Positions 27,201 through 41,100 of a DNA stretch of 64,000 nucleotides are shown here, piece after piece. Each line of letters opens with the position of its first letter. The stretch's first letter is position 1. A program made the position numbers and the translations under genes. Location: positions 77,438,001-77,502,000 of the forward strand of contig NC_092354.1 in assembly GCF_963676685.1 (NCBI RefSeq). The letters run 5' to 3'. The notes under the pieces were generated by a model, which did no database searches, was not told where the DNA came from, and saw only the letters and a program-made list of their open reading frames with translations. This DNA is from Mytilus edulis. Taxonomy: Eukaryota.

Positions 27201-28594
27201 ATGAAAAGATATATTTGTAATGCATAGCTTGAGGATGAGCCTCACATTGCAAGTAGGATGCTTTCATTCTGAAGTTATGACTGTTGTGGCTAAATAAAAG
27301 AGAATAGGAGGCAGATGTTCCTTGTCATTTACGTACTATAGATACTAGGTTGTCGGATACCTATCTCATTATTGTTATAATACAAAGTTAGAGATAAAGC
27401 AAATATTACTACTTTTACCAATTTCTGCGTGGAATTAAAATGTATTTCAAGACTAAATAGTAACAAGTCGTTGGTAATTAAGTCAAAATTGCACATTTGA
27501 CATGTTTTGTGAATAATAAATGAAATGTCATCGAAGAATGTTGCAAAAGGAAATAAATGTTCGAAAGTCACAATACCTATAATCTAACATGATTAAGTTG
27601 GTTGGGCTATTTTATTAAAAAGAAATATTTCAAAATCTATCAAAATTTGGAATTGTATATATTCAGACGTTTGTCAATTCGTTGATTGTTTGACTTTAAG
27701 CCATGATGTATTCGGAATATCTACAGATTATCATGAAGCTTCATTACAATGAGAACTGAAGTAATGATTAATATAATTTTTAGCGTGTTACGAAAGTGTT
27801 GTAAAAAGAAGGGCGAATGAAATCAGAGGGACAGTCAAACTCATAGATAAAACTTAAACTGACAACGCCATGGCGAAAAAAAAGAGAGAGACAAATAGAC
27901 ATATAATAGTACACAAGAGACAACATAGAAAATTTAAGACAAAACAAGACAAACCCCATCGAAAACTAGGGGTGATCTCAGGTGCTCTGGAGGGGTAAAC
28001 AGATCATGATCCACATGATGAACGTAAAGTCTGTACAAACATCTGTCTGTTATTGGAGACTCTTAGTTGCCGACCAAATGTTTGTGATTCAAAAGTGCAT
28101 GTCGTTAGGGTTGAGTCACATTTACCCTACTTCACCTTTTATTTATAGTTTTCAAACATTTTATCAACAAGTTACTAGAAACTACTGTAATTATTCTATT
28201 TTAGTTATAATACAAGTTTTTGTTATACTACAGAACAGTATACTAAATGTATTCATATATGTCGTCCTTTATTATTTGAAATGACAATAGATCACGTGTC
28301 TTACGCCTCCTGAGGTTTTTCCAATTTCATATGACAATGCAATAATTTAATTTGCTACAAATTAGTCTTTATTTTTAAAACTCGTTTTTTAACAATTTCT
28401 TTTCAATTTATTGTATATACACACACATTTAAAGCCAAACAATTTTAAAAACAATACATCAAAGATAATTATGAAATGTTTAAGGTCTTCGGAAATTCAG
28501 TAAGAATATATGTTGGACTTATTTCAGGTCACAAATATTAGATATATGGAGAAGAGAACAGGAAAAATATTTACTGCAGTGATCAATAACTAAA

Positions 28595-31500
28595 ATGGAC
28601 GCAGCGTTTGCAAAACGTATAAAAAGAAATCTTGTTTTCTTCAAGGAAAACATCACTCAGTTGAGTAAAGTAATGGACAAGTTAATCGAGACGGACTCTA
28701 TACGTATGGAGGAAAAGGCGGAGATACTAGCAGAAAAAAGTCCGGACACTCAATGTCATATTTTGTTAGAATTGTTGATGAAGCGCGGTGGATTTGATTC
28801 ATTGATTGAAGCTCTGAAAATATCTGGAAACGGTCACGTGGCTGACAAAATATTGAAAACTGATGTTTGCTGTCGAAAAGGTGAGAAAATCAAGAAATAT
28901 TTAAAGCATTTTGGATTTGGTTACTACGATATGACTCTGTTTAGTCTTCAAAGATTCTAACAAAAATATTTATAAAATTCCACATCATTTTGGTCTCGGT
29001 GGATAGTTGTTTCAGTGATAATCAAGCCACTAGTTCTGATAATATATTATTGGCTATCAAAACTAAATGCCTAGTACATCTTTATTTCTCTGTTTAGTTC
29101 TCGAAGATCTTAACAAAAACATGTGTACAAATCCATGTCGTTTTGGACTATGTGGGATAGTTGTCTCGTTGACAATCATATCTCAATCTTTTTATATATC
29201 AATAGCTATCAAAAACTGGAAATATTGTGAAGTTTGTGGTCTCTCCTTTGTCATCAAAGATCATTATACGACTTGGAACAAACATAACAGCGCTTGTGAC
29301 AGATCTATCATCTGTCAACACCTGTCCTAAATCAGGAACCTGTTGGTCAGTGGTTGTCGTTTGTTGATGTAGTTCATATACGTGTTTCTCGTTTCTCGTT
29401 TTTTATCAAGATTAGACCGTCGGTATTCCTGTTCGAATGGTTTTACACTAGTCGTTTGTTTTGGACCTTTATCGCTTACTGTTGAGTGTGAGTTAAGGCT
29501 CCTTGTTCAAGGTTGTACTTAAACATATACTGGCTTACTTTTTACAGGAGTTTTACTACGTAACTGTTCAAGTTAATGTATTAATTTCATAATAAAATTG
29601 AGAATGGAAATGGGGAATGTGTCAAAGAGACAACAACCCGACCAAATAAAAAACAACAGCAGAGGGTCACCAACAGGTCTTCAATGTAGCGAGAAATTCC
29701 CGCACCCGGAGGTGTCCTTCAGCTGGCCCCTAAACAAATATATACTAGTCCAGTGATAATGAACGCCATACTAATTTCCAAATTGTAGACAAGAAACTAA
29801 AATTAAAATAATACAAGACTAACAAAGGCCAGAGGCTCCTGACTTGGGACAGGCGCAAAAATGCGGCGGGGTTAAACATGTTTGTGAGATCTCAACCCTC
29901 CCCCTATACCTCTAACCAATGTAGAAAAGTAAACGTATAACAATACGCACATTAAAATTCAGTTCAAGAGAAGTCCGAGTCTGATGTCAGAAGATGTAAC
30001 CAAAGAAAATAAACAAAATGACAATAATACACAAATAACAACAGACTACTAGCAGTTAACTGACATGCCAGCTCCAGACTTTAATTGAACTGACTGAAAG
30101 ATTATGATTTCATCATATGAACATCAGGCACAATCCTTCCCGTTAGGGGTTTAGTATCATACCATCATAACATATATGAGAAGCATTTTGGATTTACACT
30201 AGTCGTTTGTAAGTCGGTTATATTTTTTTTTAATTTTACTCACAACATAGACAATAGAAAATACAAAACATCAAATAAAATAAATAAACAACAAGACAAA
30301 TCCTAACATATTGCAAGACTATAATGGTTTATTGTGATTCGTACAACTACATGTATATAGACTGAATAGTTGAGGAATGGGACCGATTGTTATTTTTTAG
30401 TACATGTTTCTCTAGTCTTTTAACAGAGACTTTTGTTTACAAGTCAAACCACTAATAAATAAATGCATTTTCGTAGTCCAATCAATACAACAGGCTACAA
30501 CAATTATATTTTAATATTCATTATCCATATTTAGTAAAATTTAATCACAAAGTGTGTATCTTTATTAGAAAAATATCCCCTTGAATGCTTTACATTAAAA
30601 AAAATTCTTAAAGTTGCACTGGGTGCCGCAAATACATTTTCATTCTTATGTTTCAGATAAAACCCAATTACAGAAAGAGGACTCATTCTTTGTGGTAAGT
30701 ATTATAATACTGTTTGTGACGGTGTGATTTAACTTGTGCAGAGTTATTTAAAAAAAAATGAGACTAAATGATACGGATCTCCTTAATTGCCAAAGATGAA
30801 ATTTAGAATATTTGTGCGCGTGACTTTAAATCTTGTGCGCACAACTTTTAATCTTGTGCGCACAACTTTTAAATCTTGTGCGCACAACTTTAAATCTTGA
30901 GCGCACAACTTTAAATCTTGAGCGCACAACTTTTCAACTTGTGCGCACAATTTTTTTTACAGGTCACCGTACGGCCTACATATGCATATTCATGATACTT
31001 CAAACCGTCGCTACATTGTACATGTACGTATATTTTGGCATTGCAAATGTCATGACTGTTAATAACATCCTAAAACTAAATTCATTGACGTTGGATGGAA
31101 TATAAGTGTTAAATACATATTTTTTTGTAATTGTGTGTTATTGGTTTTGAACTAACTGTCAGTAACTTTGAGTACCCTCAGATCTGTACTTTTTGTTTTT
31201 CTTGGGGTTTTTTTTTTTTTGTTGTTTTATGTTGTTTTTTTGGTGAAAGGAGGTATACATACACTGCCATTCATCTAATAAGTTAATCCCTTTGCATTTG
31301 ATTTTTATATTTTTTTTATGATGTACTGTTACACAGTTGTCTTATGTTAGGAGGAGGGTTGGTGACTTCAATCATGTTTAACCCTGCCACATTATGTATG
31401 AGCCTGTTCTAAGTCTAGAGCCTGTTATTAAGTTCTGCTATTTGCTATTTCTCATATTGTTTTTATATATTTTTTTCTTGTGTTGTGCCACTGTCGAAAG

Positions 31501-33361
31501 GAGGGGGTGCCTTCAAACATGTAAAACTCCCAATTCTTTTATTTGCCTGCCTAAAGTCATGAGCCTGTAGTTCAGTGGTTGTCGTTGGTTCGTGTCTGTA
31601 GAAATCATTATAACAGTCTATTAAAGAGCTTTCAACATACATATACTATGAATAAAGTTCATTTGCTTTCTGCTATCCTTTTCAAGTTTACTATACACGG
31701 CGGTCACAGAGTTTATTAGATAGAGAGGGTTGTAATGAATGTTCATAATATACAGATAAACGCTTACATTATTGAAATTTATAGAAAACAAAAAAATGGG
31801 AATTTTGGAAAGGAAAGGAGGAGCCGGGCTAGAAAAAAACAATTGTCCTGTCCCAAAAGTACCTATGACTTTTGATACCTTTTCTGAAATTCTCCAGTCA
31901 TAAAATCTTTTACAAAAATTCATCGGGTCACTAATTATATTATTTAAATAGAGAATTATACAATAAATATATCAATGACCGTGGATTGATTAGTAAACTG
32001 AGAATTGATAGTAAAAAGCAAATACACTTTATTTATAGTAATGAATGTTCATATTGAAATAAATAGAAAACAAAAAAAATGGGAATTTTTTGGGGAAAAG
32101 AGGAGGGGTAGAAAAACAAGTGTCCTGTCCAAAAGTACCTTTGACTTTTGATACCTTTCCTGAAGTTCTCCGGTCATTAAATCTTTCACCAAAAATCATC
32201 CTACAACACTTTACATATTTTAAGTTTAAAACCGCGCTCTAAATGCCCACGGTTTCGCGGTTGTGCGGGTGTGTTCTAGTGTTATTTCTTAAACAAAGAA
32301 GCGAACATACTTTACATTAGATTGTGAATGTTTCTATACATTACAACAAGTGGTTGATTTTCAAAGCACTTTATATGCAACAACCTGAATTTTTAGTATT
32401 TCATAAGAATTGAATTTGTGCAGCTGTTTTGGAGATGCATTGCAAATGCGCGTGGAGTTATGCGTGTTTCGTTGGTATATTTAAACGCAAAACACCACAT
32501 AGTTGCTGTGTATCAATCAAATTGTTGATTTTTTTGTGTGCTCTTTTTCATAATGTAATAATAAAAACAATTTTATCTGCATTGTAGTTTGATGACCGGA
32601 AGGAAGAGATAATTCAATTAATTAAAGAGAGAGAATTGGTCAAAATGAGGTACACTGAACTTTCTACTAAGTACAAGACGATAAAATCTGATAATGAAAC
32701 CAAATCGGATGATATAAAAATTTTGAAAGAGGAAATCGATTCGTTACGGTGTCAATTGGCAGAAGTTGAAAAGAAAGCGTCAAATATAAAAGACGAACTT
32801 AAAAAGCGAGACAAAGAAATTCAAAAGGGGAAACATGTCGAGCTCAGACCGAAGTTATTTAAAGATCGAAAAGATGTTGGAATTGATGCCGTTGATGGTC
32901 CACTGGAAGAGCTTCCGAACGATGTAAGGGGTCACGTTGATTCCGAAGGACTACTTTTTCGAATGGAAGAGCAGACTACCACCATTCAATTACTGACCGA
33001 AGAGGCGACACACTACAACAATTTGATCGCGACATTAGAAGACCAAATCCAGGAACTTAAAGCAACCGTAGATGAAAAGAATAATGATATCATGACTCTT
33101 CGTAATAATGTTGGAAAACTTCAGGTGCACCTCAAAGCTGGGCGTCAAGAAAGAGAGAAGATTTCGGCAGAACTCCGCAAAGATATGGAAAAAAATATGA
33201 AAATTCACGATGAAAGATTTGATCAAATTGACGATAAAATGGAGTATGTTATCAAACTACTTACAATTAACAGAAATGCACCGAGACAATTGGAAGTCAA
33301 TCCAATCAAATCTCCCAGAAACCAGAAACAAAACAAGTACACTAAAAAGTTTGGTCGTTAG
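28595..33361 (+). CDS. CARD + coiled-coil protein, paralogue A (365 aa); exons 28595-28880, 30657-30694, 32588-33361
   Basis: CARD-like exon (RNLVFFKENITQLSKVMDKLIE...LLELLMKRGGFDSLIEALKISGNGHVA). Donor GTGAGA. 38-nt micro-exon DKTQLQKEDSFFV. Heptad-rich last exon. Phases 1 then 0 are consistent. Confidence 0.85.
29587..30183 (-). mobile_element. Interspersed repeat, probably PLE-derived, in intron 1 of paralogue A
   Basis: Its end (aataaaattgagaatggaaatggggaatgtgtcaaagagacaacaacccgacc) matches 26500-26555 in reverse. Class is inferred. Confidence 0.5.
30810..30952. repeat. 20-21-bp tandem repeat with palindromic core TTGTGCGCACAA (about 7 units)
   Basis: aaatcttgtgcgcacaacttt repeated. Confidence 0.9.
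31617..32279 (+). mobile_element. Non-autonomous Helitron-like element with an internal duplication
   Basis: Ends in a GC-rich degenerate hairpin plus GTGTTCTAG|T. Its 3' region matches 52740-52847. 31780-31925 is duplicated at ~32060-32200. The 5' end is uncertain. Confidence 0.65.
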
Positions 33362-33871
33362 ACATAATGGACCACATAATCGAGGGTCTAGATGGATGGA
33401 CCCCCAAGTAATTGTTACCCGTTGATTTTTATACCACTTTTCTGTATTATATTTTATTTTAAACATTATTGTCTATTCTGTATTATTTTTGCTAATTTGT
33501 TTTTATTCTTTATGTGTTGCCCTCTTTTCTGCACCTTTTGCTCATTATTCTCTATTCTTCAAAAATCCATCCATACCTTCACCTAGAATGTTGTTTAAGG
33601 AATGACTGTAATATTTTTGTTTGTCTATGTTCAGTTTGCATCATATTACATCAAAATACGGGGCTCACTGAACAATACGCAGAGCTTGTTAATTACTTAA
33701 AAAATGAATACCACTTCTCTGATGTTATTTCGAATATATGGTTTCTATATACTTTCCCCCTGTAATAATTGTTATATTACATGTAGGTACTTCATGTAAA
33801 GTGAAGGTCACTTCTAGTCTCTTTTGATACGTTTATGTAATATGTATGCATATATAAAAAAAACAACATAC

Positions 33872-35345
33872 AAACAAATGGAAGTGTTTAACGACCTTGA
33901 CTGCCTATGCAGCCCTCGCACGGTCGCGGTAAAAAAACATACTATATAATACTAAACATTAACATAGTTTCGAACAAGATACTAATAAAGAGCTGATGTT
34001 TTACTAGTTTCTATGTACTTTTCCAAGTGCAAAAATGGCTTCTTTCGATTACTCGAGGTCGTTTACGGGAGATATTTATCAATTTGTCAACCAACAGTTT
34101 GCAAAAAAAATAACATGGCTTTATCATGTACCATGTTCGTGAAATAATCAATTTACCTTAAATTGAATCATTTCAGGGACAATAACTCCTAAAAGATTTC
34201 ATTGGATTGTTTTAAACCAATTGTATCATATCTTCAGTCCAATGAGGAAAGCATTTAGTTCTTTGTAAATATATCTCTAAGATTGTCAGACGAGATCTCG
34301 GAACATTGAAAAGTCAAAACATACAACATGACCTTGACCTATTACCCTGACCTCAAATTCATTTTTATTAAGTTCACCAGGATTTCATATACACACACCT
34401 AAAGTATGTTTTACTTACCATTCATGTGATATTTGACATATAACTTTTGTCAAATTCAGAAGGGGAAATAACTGTAGTATGGAGTCTACGAATTGATTCC
34501 GTTAAAATTTGACAATTTTTTCCTAGGATATAACGAGCAATTAAGTTAAATAAATTTGGCGCTTTCTTTCACGGTTACGGAAGAGATATCAGAACAATGA
34601 AAAGTCAAAATTTAGAACTTGACCTTGGACCTTGACCTCAAATTTATTTTTATGAACCCATGACCTCAAATCCGTGTACCTTAGGTATGTATTACTTACC
34701 ATTCATGTGATACATTAACATATCAATTATGCCAAATTCAAAAGGGGAAATAACTGTAATACGGAGTCTACGAGTTGATTCGGTTAAATTTTACATATCA
34801 TCCTCAAGATATATGACGAGCTATTTAGTAAAATAATTTTGTCGTTTTATTTTACGGTTACGGAGGAGATATCAGAACAATGAATAGTCAAGATCTAAAC
34901 ATGACCTTGAACTTTGACCTTGACCTCAAATTTGTTTTAATATGAACCCAGGACTTAAAAGACACGAACATTAGGTCTGTATCAAATACCATTCATGTTA
35001 AACATTGACATATCATTTATGTCAAATTAAAAAAGGGAAATAACTGTCATATGGAGTCGACGAATTGATTTTGTAAAATAACTTTTTCGTTTTCTGGTAC
35101 GGTTATGAAGGATATCTCAACACAAAGTAAATAACTGTTTAGGGAGATACCTCTTTCAATATAAAGTCTAAGACTAAACAGGGTCAGTCCCAAAAACGCA
35201 ATAACTGTTTGATATCATATGCAAAAAAAAATCTAAGAGCCATCTTGCAAAACCACAAAACAGGAAACAAATTTGACGGAAGAAGAAAAAAAAATAATCC
35301 GAACAAAAACAATAAGTCTCTCCCCAAAATAGTGGAAAGACTTAA
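33872..35345. mobile_element. Helentron/HINE-like element with an internal ~285-bp tandem array
   Basis: Units containing tgaccttgacct and ggggaaataactgt at ~34330, 34620 and 34900. Terminal hairpin taagtct..cc...gg..agactta. Confidence 0.65.
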
Positions 35346-35867
35346 CAATACAGAAATAAAGGAGCCGTTTCCAGACGTTCATTTTTACATAACGATATTT
35401 ATTCATCATCTACATATTGATATTTATATCATATATATATATCACGCATGCACTGATAATGTAAAGTTCATACACACATGTACATACACGAACTATTGTT
35501 TTATTTCATTTAGTTGTCTGTCCTTCCTTGATAATTTGTCAATTTTTTTTGTTGTAGTTTTCTGTTTGTCTTTAACTGTTTGTTTTGTTGTAGAATTTTG
35601 ATTATTTATTTATTAAAGTTTAGTTTTATATTAACATTATTATTTTTTTTTAAATTGTTTTGTTTTTGTTATAGGTAGTTCATGTTTGGCTCGTTCAAAC
35701 CAAATATGTCAAGTGTGGATTTTTTTCTTCTAGATTTCATGTTTGTGTAAACTGATCTGATGAATTAAAACTGAATTAAACTGAGAAAAAGTTTAATGTA
35801 AAGTTTGTGAATGGACGACCATGTAAACAAAACACAGCAATTATTTCCCTCATTATTCTCAACATAA

Positions 35868-36140
35868 GGTGGTACCCAAAACTTTCACTTAAATTAATTT
35901 GGCGCGTTTAATTTTCATAAAACTTTGACAAATTATTTACTTTGGCCCTTTAACAAAAATATAAAAAAATCAAAAAATTTGAACCAAGCGTTTTATCAGA
36001 AAAATAACACTGGTTATATAGCAGTTTGACAAACACTAATTTTGATCATTGTGAAGCTTTATATTGCCTTCACAAGGCAACGTAATTAAAACGTTTAGCT
36101 GATATTACAGAGTTATCTCCCTGTAGTGTTAGGTATCACC
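35868..36140. mobile_element. MITE with GGTGGTACC/GGTACCACC termini and TTAA-like flanks (Kolobok-like); other copies at 53576-53848 and partial 41671-41718
   Basis: TIRs plus high similarity among the copies. Superfamily is inferred from TTAA. Confidence 0.75.
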
Positions 36141-38108
36141 ATAAACTGCGTTGATTTTGCTATTTGTTTTTCTATTCGTTCGTAGGGGACCTATATTCGC
36201 CTATGTCTTCTTTATTTGGCCACTGGTGGATCGTTGTCTAATTTGCAATCACGCCACTTTTCCTTATTTCTATGTTAATTGTATTTCCTTTTAAATTAAT
36301 ATTTCTTGGAACCCATGATGTAATTGACATGTATTACGCATGCGTAGTACAGTTAAATTGACATATTGTTGGTATGTACATGTTGGTTGTGATTGTAGTT
36401 TTGGCAACATCTTGTCACAATTACAGTGTTGATATGTAAATCGGGAGAAGAATCTAAAGGTTATTGTTTGTTAGATGCATTGTACATTATGATTGTCCAT
36501 TTTTTTTACTAAATTCCTTAAACATTATTGTCAAAAATTTACTTACTTTCTCCCAGTACTCACATGCACCCCTCCCCATTTAGACATACTGGGGAATAGA
36601 AATATGGTTAATATGCACTACAGGTTTTTTACCGACCGCAGTAAAACCTTTTTCTAATTAAGGTGTACCGTACTACGTTTGGTGGTGCAGAATGTATGCA
36701 AGTATATATATGTACGCATCCGGTCCGATCAACATAGGGGCGTTAAACATGATGCCTCGTGTTGTTGATAGAGTTCCACGCTATGTGTGATTACCATGCA
36801 ACGAATCTTTGAGGGGATCGTAGGAGGGCCTATTCAATTTACCCTTATTTTCCAGTAGCAGTCTAAATTTCACCGAACTTTATCCATGATGTCCTCTATA
36901 GAACAGGACCTGTTTATTGAATTCATTGTTAAATAATTCTCGTCCTGAATATGCATGAAATGTGGACGTTAAGCAACCAACAATCCACCAATCAATCCTT
37001 TGTAATCTTGAAATAAGGTTTGGTTCAATCATTTGTAATCTGTGGAGGATTTTCAGTAACATTTGTGAAAAGAAAACATGGGATGTACAAATTCCACATA
37101 AAAAAAGAAAAAAGAACAAAAATATTGCACTGTGAATGCAGAATGCAGTACGAATTTAAGTATTTACAAGTTTGAGCTTTCTAAAAAGCTGAGGACTGCT
37201 ACGCTCTGTCATAATTTAAGGGTTTACTGATAGGTGAAATTAAAAATTGTTGTATTTAAGATGTTGTTTAAAACTGGCATGATATCTCTCTTTATCTAGA
37301 GATATAGGAAGATGTGGTGTGAGTGTCAATGAGACATCTCCATCCAAATAACAATTTATAAAAGTAAACCATTATAGGTCAATGTACGGTCTTCAACAAA
37401 GAGCCTTGGCTCACACCGAACATTAAGCTATAAAGGACTCCAAACTTACAAGTGTAAAACTATTCAAACGGGAAAACCAACGGTCTAATATGTTCATTAT
37501 AATCATAATTTTCCGATAAACACCCTGCTGTTAATATACAAATACTATTTTACAATTTGAAGCAAATTGTATACTATAATAACCCAACTTAAATACTTCT
37601 ACCAGTAAAATGTTCGTGCACACATCTAATTTACTTTCTTTTTTCTTTCTAATCTGTTCATCTCAAACCTTTTCAATACTTATAATTGTATTCAAAATTA
37701 GTTATTTCGACATAAGTATGACAAGATTACAAACAAATAAAGTAAATAATGAATAATTAAAAATATAATTACATTTAAGGACAAAACACGGTACAATTGA
37801 AAGAAAAAAATCACAAAAGAAAATAACAGTTATATGTTATTTACAAACTGGACAACATTCAGTTCCTTTATCAATATTCTCATTCTTATTGTTATCTAGC
37901 TAATGAAAAAGGATGTTTGCCAAATTTGACAACAAAACAGTCTTAAGTGCTAAAATACATATGTCCACGATTAGTTTAGGTTTTAATTATTATAGAACGT
38001 AGTTTCATATAATTTGGAGTCGAAGTTTCGAAACTCTTTGTTTACTTTAGTTAAGGTTTTAATTTTTGTAGAACATAGTTTGAATCGAAGTGAGATTTGT
38101 TCTTTAAA

Positions 38109-41100
38109 ATGGATCCATGTTTGTCCAAGAAAATAACTAAAAATTGTGAATTTATCGAAAATAATCTCGTCCGCTTGTCTAAGGTTGTAAACAAGTTAAT
38201 GGAGGATGACGTCCTAACACTTGTGGACAAGACAAACATTCTCTCGGCACCATCAAAGGAGACTCAGATTAATATCTTACTGGAGAAACTTATCAATGTC
38301 GGCGGGACAGCTTTCACCTCTTTTGTGGAATCGTTAAATGCAACCGGAAATGAACGTATAGCAGATCAGATACTTCAGACAGATTCGTCGGGTAAGATAA
38401 AAAGTATACATATTAAAAGCAGAAATCTTTTGATACATGTATATGTGCCTGTGGGAAGGGGGCAACATTCGAGAAAAGCGAGACAAACGTCAGTGAAAAT
38501 TAAAATGTTAAACATTTGGGAAAAAAATGATAACCTTTCAACTTTCAACAATTTGAAGAATTTTTGTGTCAACAAAATGAAATAATACTTTCACGAAGCT
38601 AAGAAACACAAATACACAAATGAACTTATGATATGGGCTTTGCTTATTAATTGCGTCCGTACGGTGACCTATAGTTGTTAATTTCTTTGTCATTTTAGTC
38701 TCTTGTGGAGAGTTGTCTCATTGGCAACCATACCACGTCTTCTTTTTTATATTAGTTCTAGGGAGGTCATTGTTTTTTTATCCGTGTTGAAGACCGAACT
38801 GTGACTTTGAGACAAAGAACATCATTAATAAAAGAGTAACTGTTGTTCCTTTGCTTTTTTGTGGTTTTTCTTTACTGTGCGTGTACCGAATAGGAATCAT
38901 GAACGAATACGCATTCTTTTTTTTTTTATTATAATAGATTATTAAATCTTGTTATACATGTATATTAAAGAAGTGTCAAACTTATAGCGTATTTTCTGTC
39001 AATCTTCCTCCACAAAAATGAACCGAATACAAAAAAAAGCTTACTAGGACAATATCCGTGGGATACAAGACAACGTCAGTGAAAATCGCAACACAAAATA
39101 ATACCATGAAAGAGTCATATTATTATTATATCTAAATTACTTGAGATTATTTTAATTTTATGATAAAGTCAACACGACAGAAACGTACAACAAACACATT
39201 TTTTTCTCTTTTTCCTGCAATAAAAATGAGATGGCGTATTGATATTAAATTTGATATTATCATTATTGTGCGTTGGTGAATACAGATATATGTTTAAATG
39301 CCTGTACATAATAAGAAATTGGACATAAAATAATCTGAGAAATATTTAATATATCCAAACACCGTTCTTAAGATTATGTATTTCGTATTGCAGAAGATAC
39401 AGCCATGTCTCGAGAAGAGACCTCGTTCAGTGATAGCACAGTGAGTTAAACTATTTCAAAACAAGTTAGATTCTTCGTAAAAAGCTATAAACCATTTAAG
39501 TACATGTACAATGGAACAATAATATGAATAACGTAAATAAAAGACTCATTGGCAGTCAAACCACACATCTTCTTACTATATATATATTGGTCCCCTTTAT
39601 AGATTGCTGTTCGGTATGGCGTGTATTGAAAGCTGTATTTTGATATGAAATGGTTAACTTTTATACATATTGTAACTTGGATTGAGAGTTGTCTCTTTGA
39701 CACTCATACCACATCTTATTTCTAACTGGGAAATTTCAATACTGTTGTAAGCTTTTCGACAAGAAATAAATCATTGTTTGAATACGAAACAGCTACGTCA
39801 TTTGTGGTGCGTTCTAATAAATTAAACAACACATGAATACTCTTTATTCACAGGCACTTGTTTCTGTCAATATGGGGTTTACTATCCATACCTGTACTAA
39901 GTGTCTGTGTCTTTATTACAGTCTGGTGACTTCTGAGAAAATGAAATCATGTCTTTTTGTTATATACATTTAAGCATGTGCGTTCTAATAAATTACACAA
40001 AATCTTTATTTCAGTCTGGTGACTTCCGAGAAGATGAAATCCTCCATCTTTATAAAGAAAAACAGATGTATAAAGTGAAGCTGTCCGACATGACAACTAA
40101 TTACAAACAGCTCCAGTCAGAACTGACCGTCAAGGAACATAAAATAGAATGCCTGAACAAAGAGATACACAAACTACAGATTGACCTTGAGGAGAACAGG
40201 AAGGGGTTGTTAGAGAACAGTTTCGACGCATTGGAAGGCGACATTTTCCGAAGGATGAATACTGGTGCAAATACCAGGGAACTGATGAGAAAGGTTTTTA
40301 GAATATATCATTTATCGCGTCACGTGTATCAAATATTGCTAGTTTTTAAGAAACGAAATGCATTGAAATAATTGATAAGGATACATTTTATTCACTACCA
40401 TATATGTACTTCCGGTTTTGATTTTCAGATAATACTTAGTAGATACAATACTGACATGAAATGTCTAGTTTCTATACTATTAAACGAGAAGACCTCATTT
40501 TGTGTGTCACTTCTCCTTCCTTCCACAATAAATTAATCATCATGCCTCTGTGTTCTTTACTAGGTAACATGCATAGTCGCATTTGTCATCCATTCTTATG
40601 ATTATTCAGATTTAGTTATTTTGGGAGAAAAACGACAAAATAGGTGTCCGGATATTGTTTCCGTTATCAAACTGACTTTTAGTCATAATTAGGACTTCCG
40701 GTTTTGAACATACACAAGAACAACCAATCGTATGATAGATTACAAAAATGAAAAATAAATAAGCCAATCAGAGCGTTCTCCATATGGTTTTTAGATCGCA
40801 AGAACCACAACTATTATACCTCCTTAGAGTCAATTATGTTTTCGCGTTTATCAACCTGTAAAATACGATTATACTACTATAATATACAGAGACTCGCTGT
40901 ATTCTGTCTACTTTTTTCTGAAAAGTTTACTAACTAAGGGGTCATACCAGTTGCATATATATATATTGAAATAAGTAAAACATGTGGAAAAAAGAATGTG
41001 TCCATATTATACGGATGCCAAGTCACCAATATCATTTACTATATGTTTAGTGGACCGTGAAATGGGGTAAAATCTCTAATTTGGCATTAAAATTAGAACG

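Noticed and set aside
28595-28960. Stand-alone CARD-only ORFs (also 38097-38585 and 46089-46427)
   Set aside because: Each has a donor at the same position and in-frame downstream exons; the ORF tails are intron read-through.
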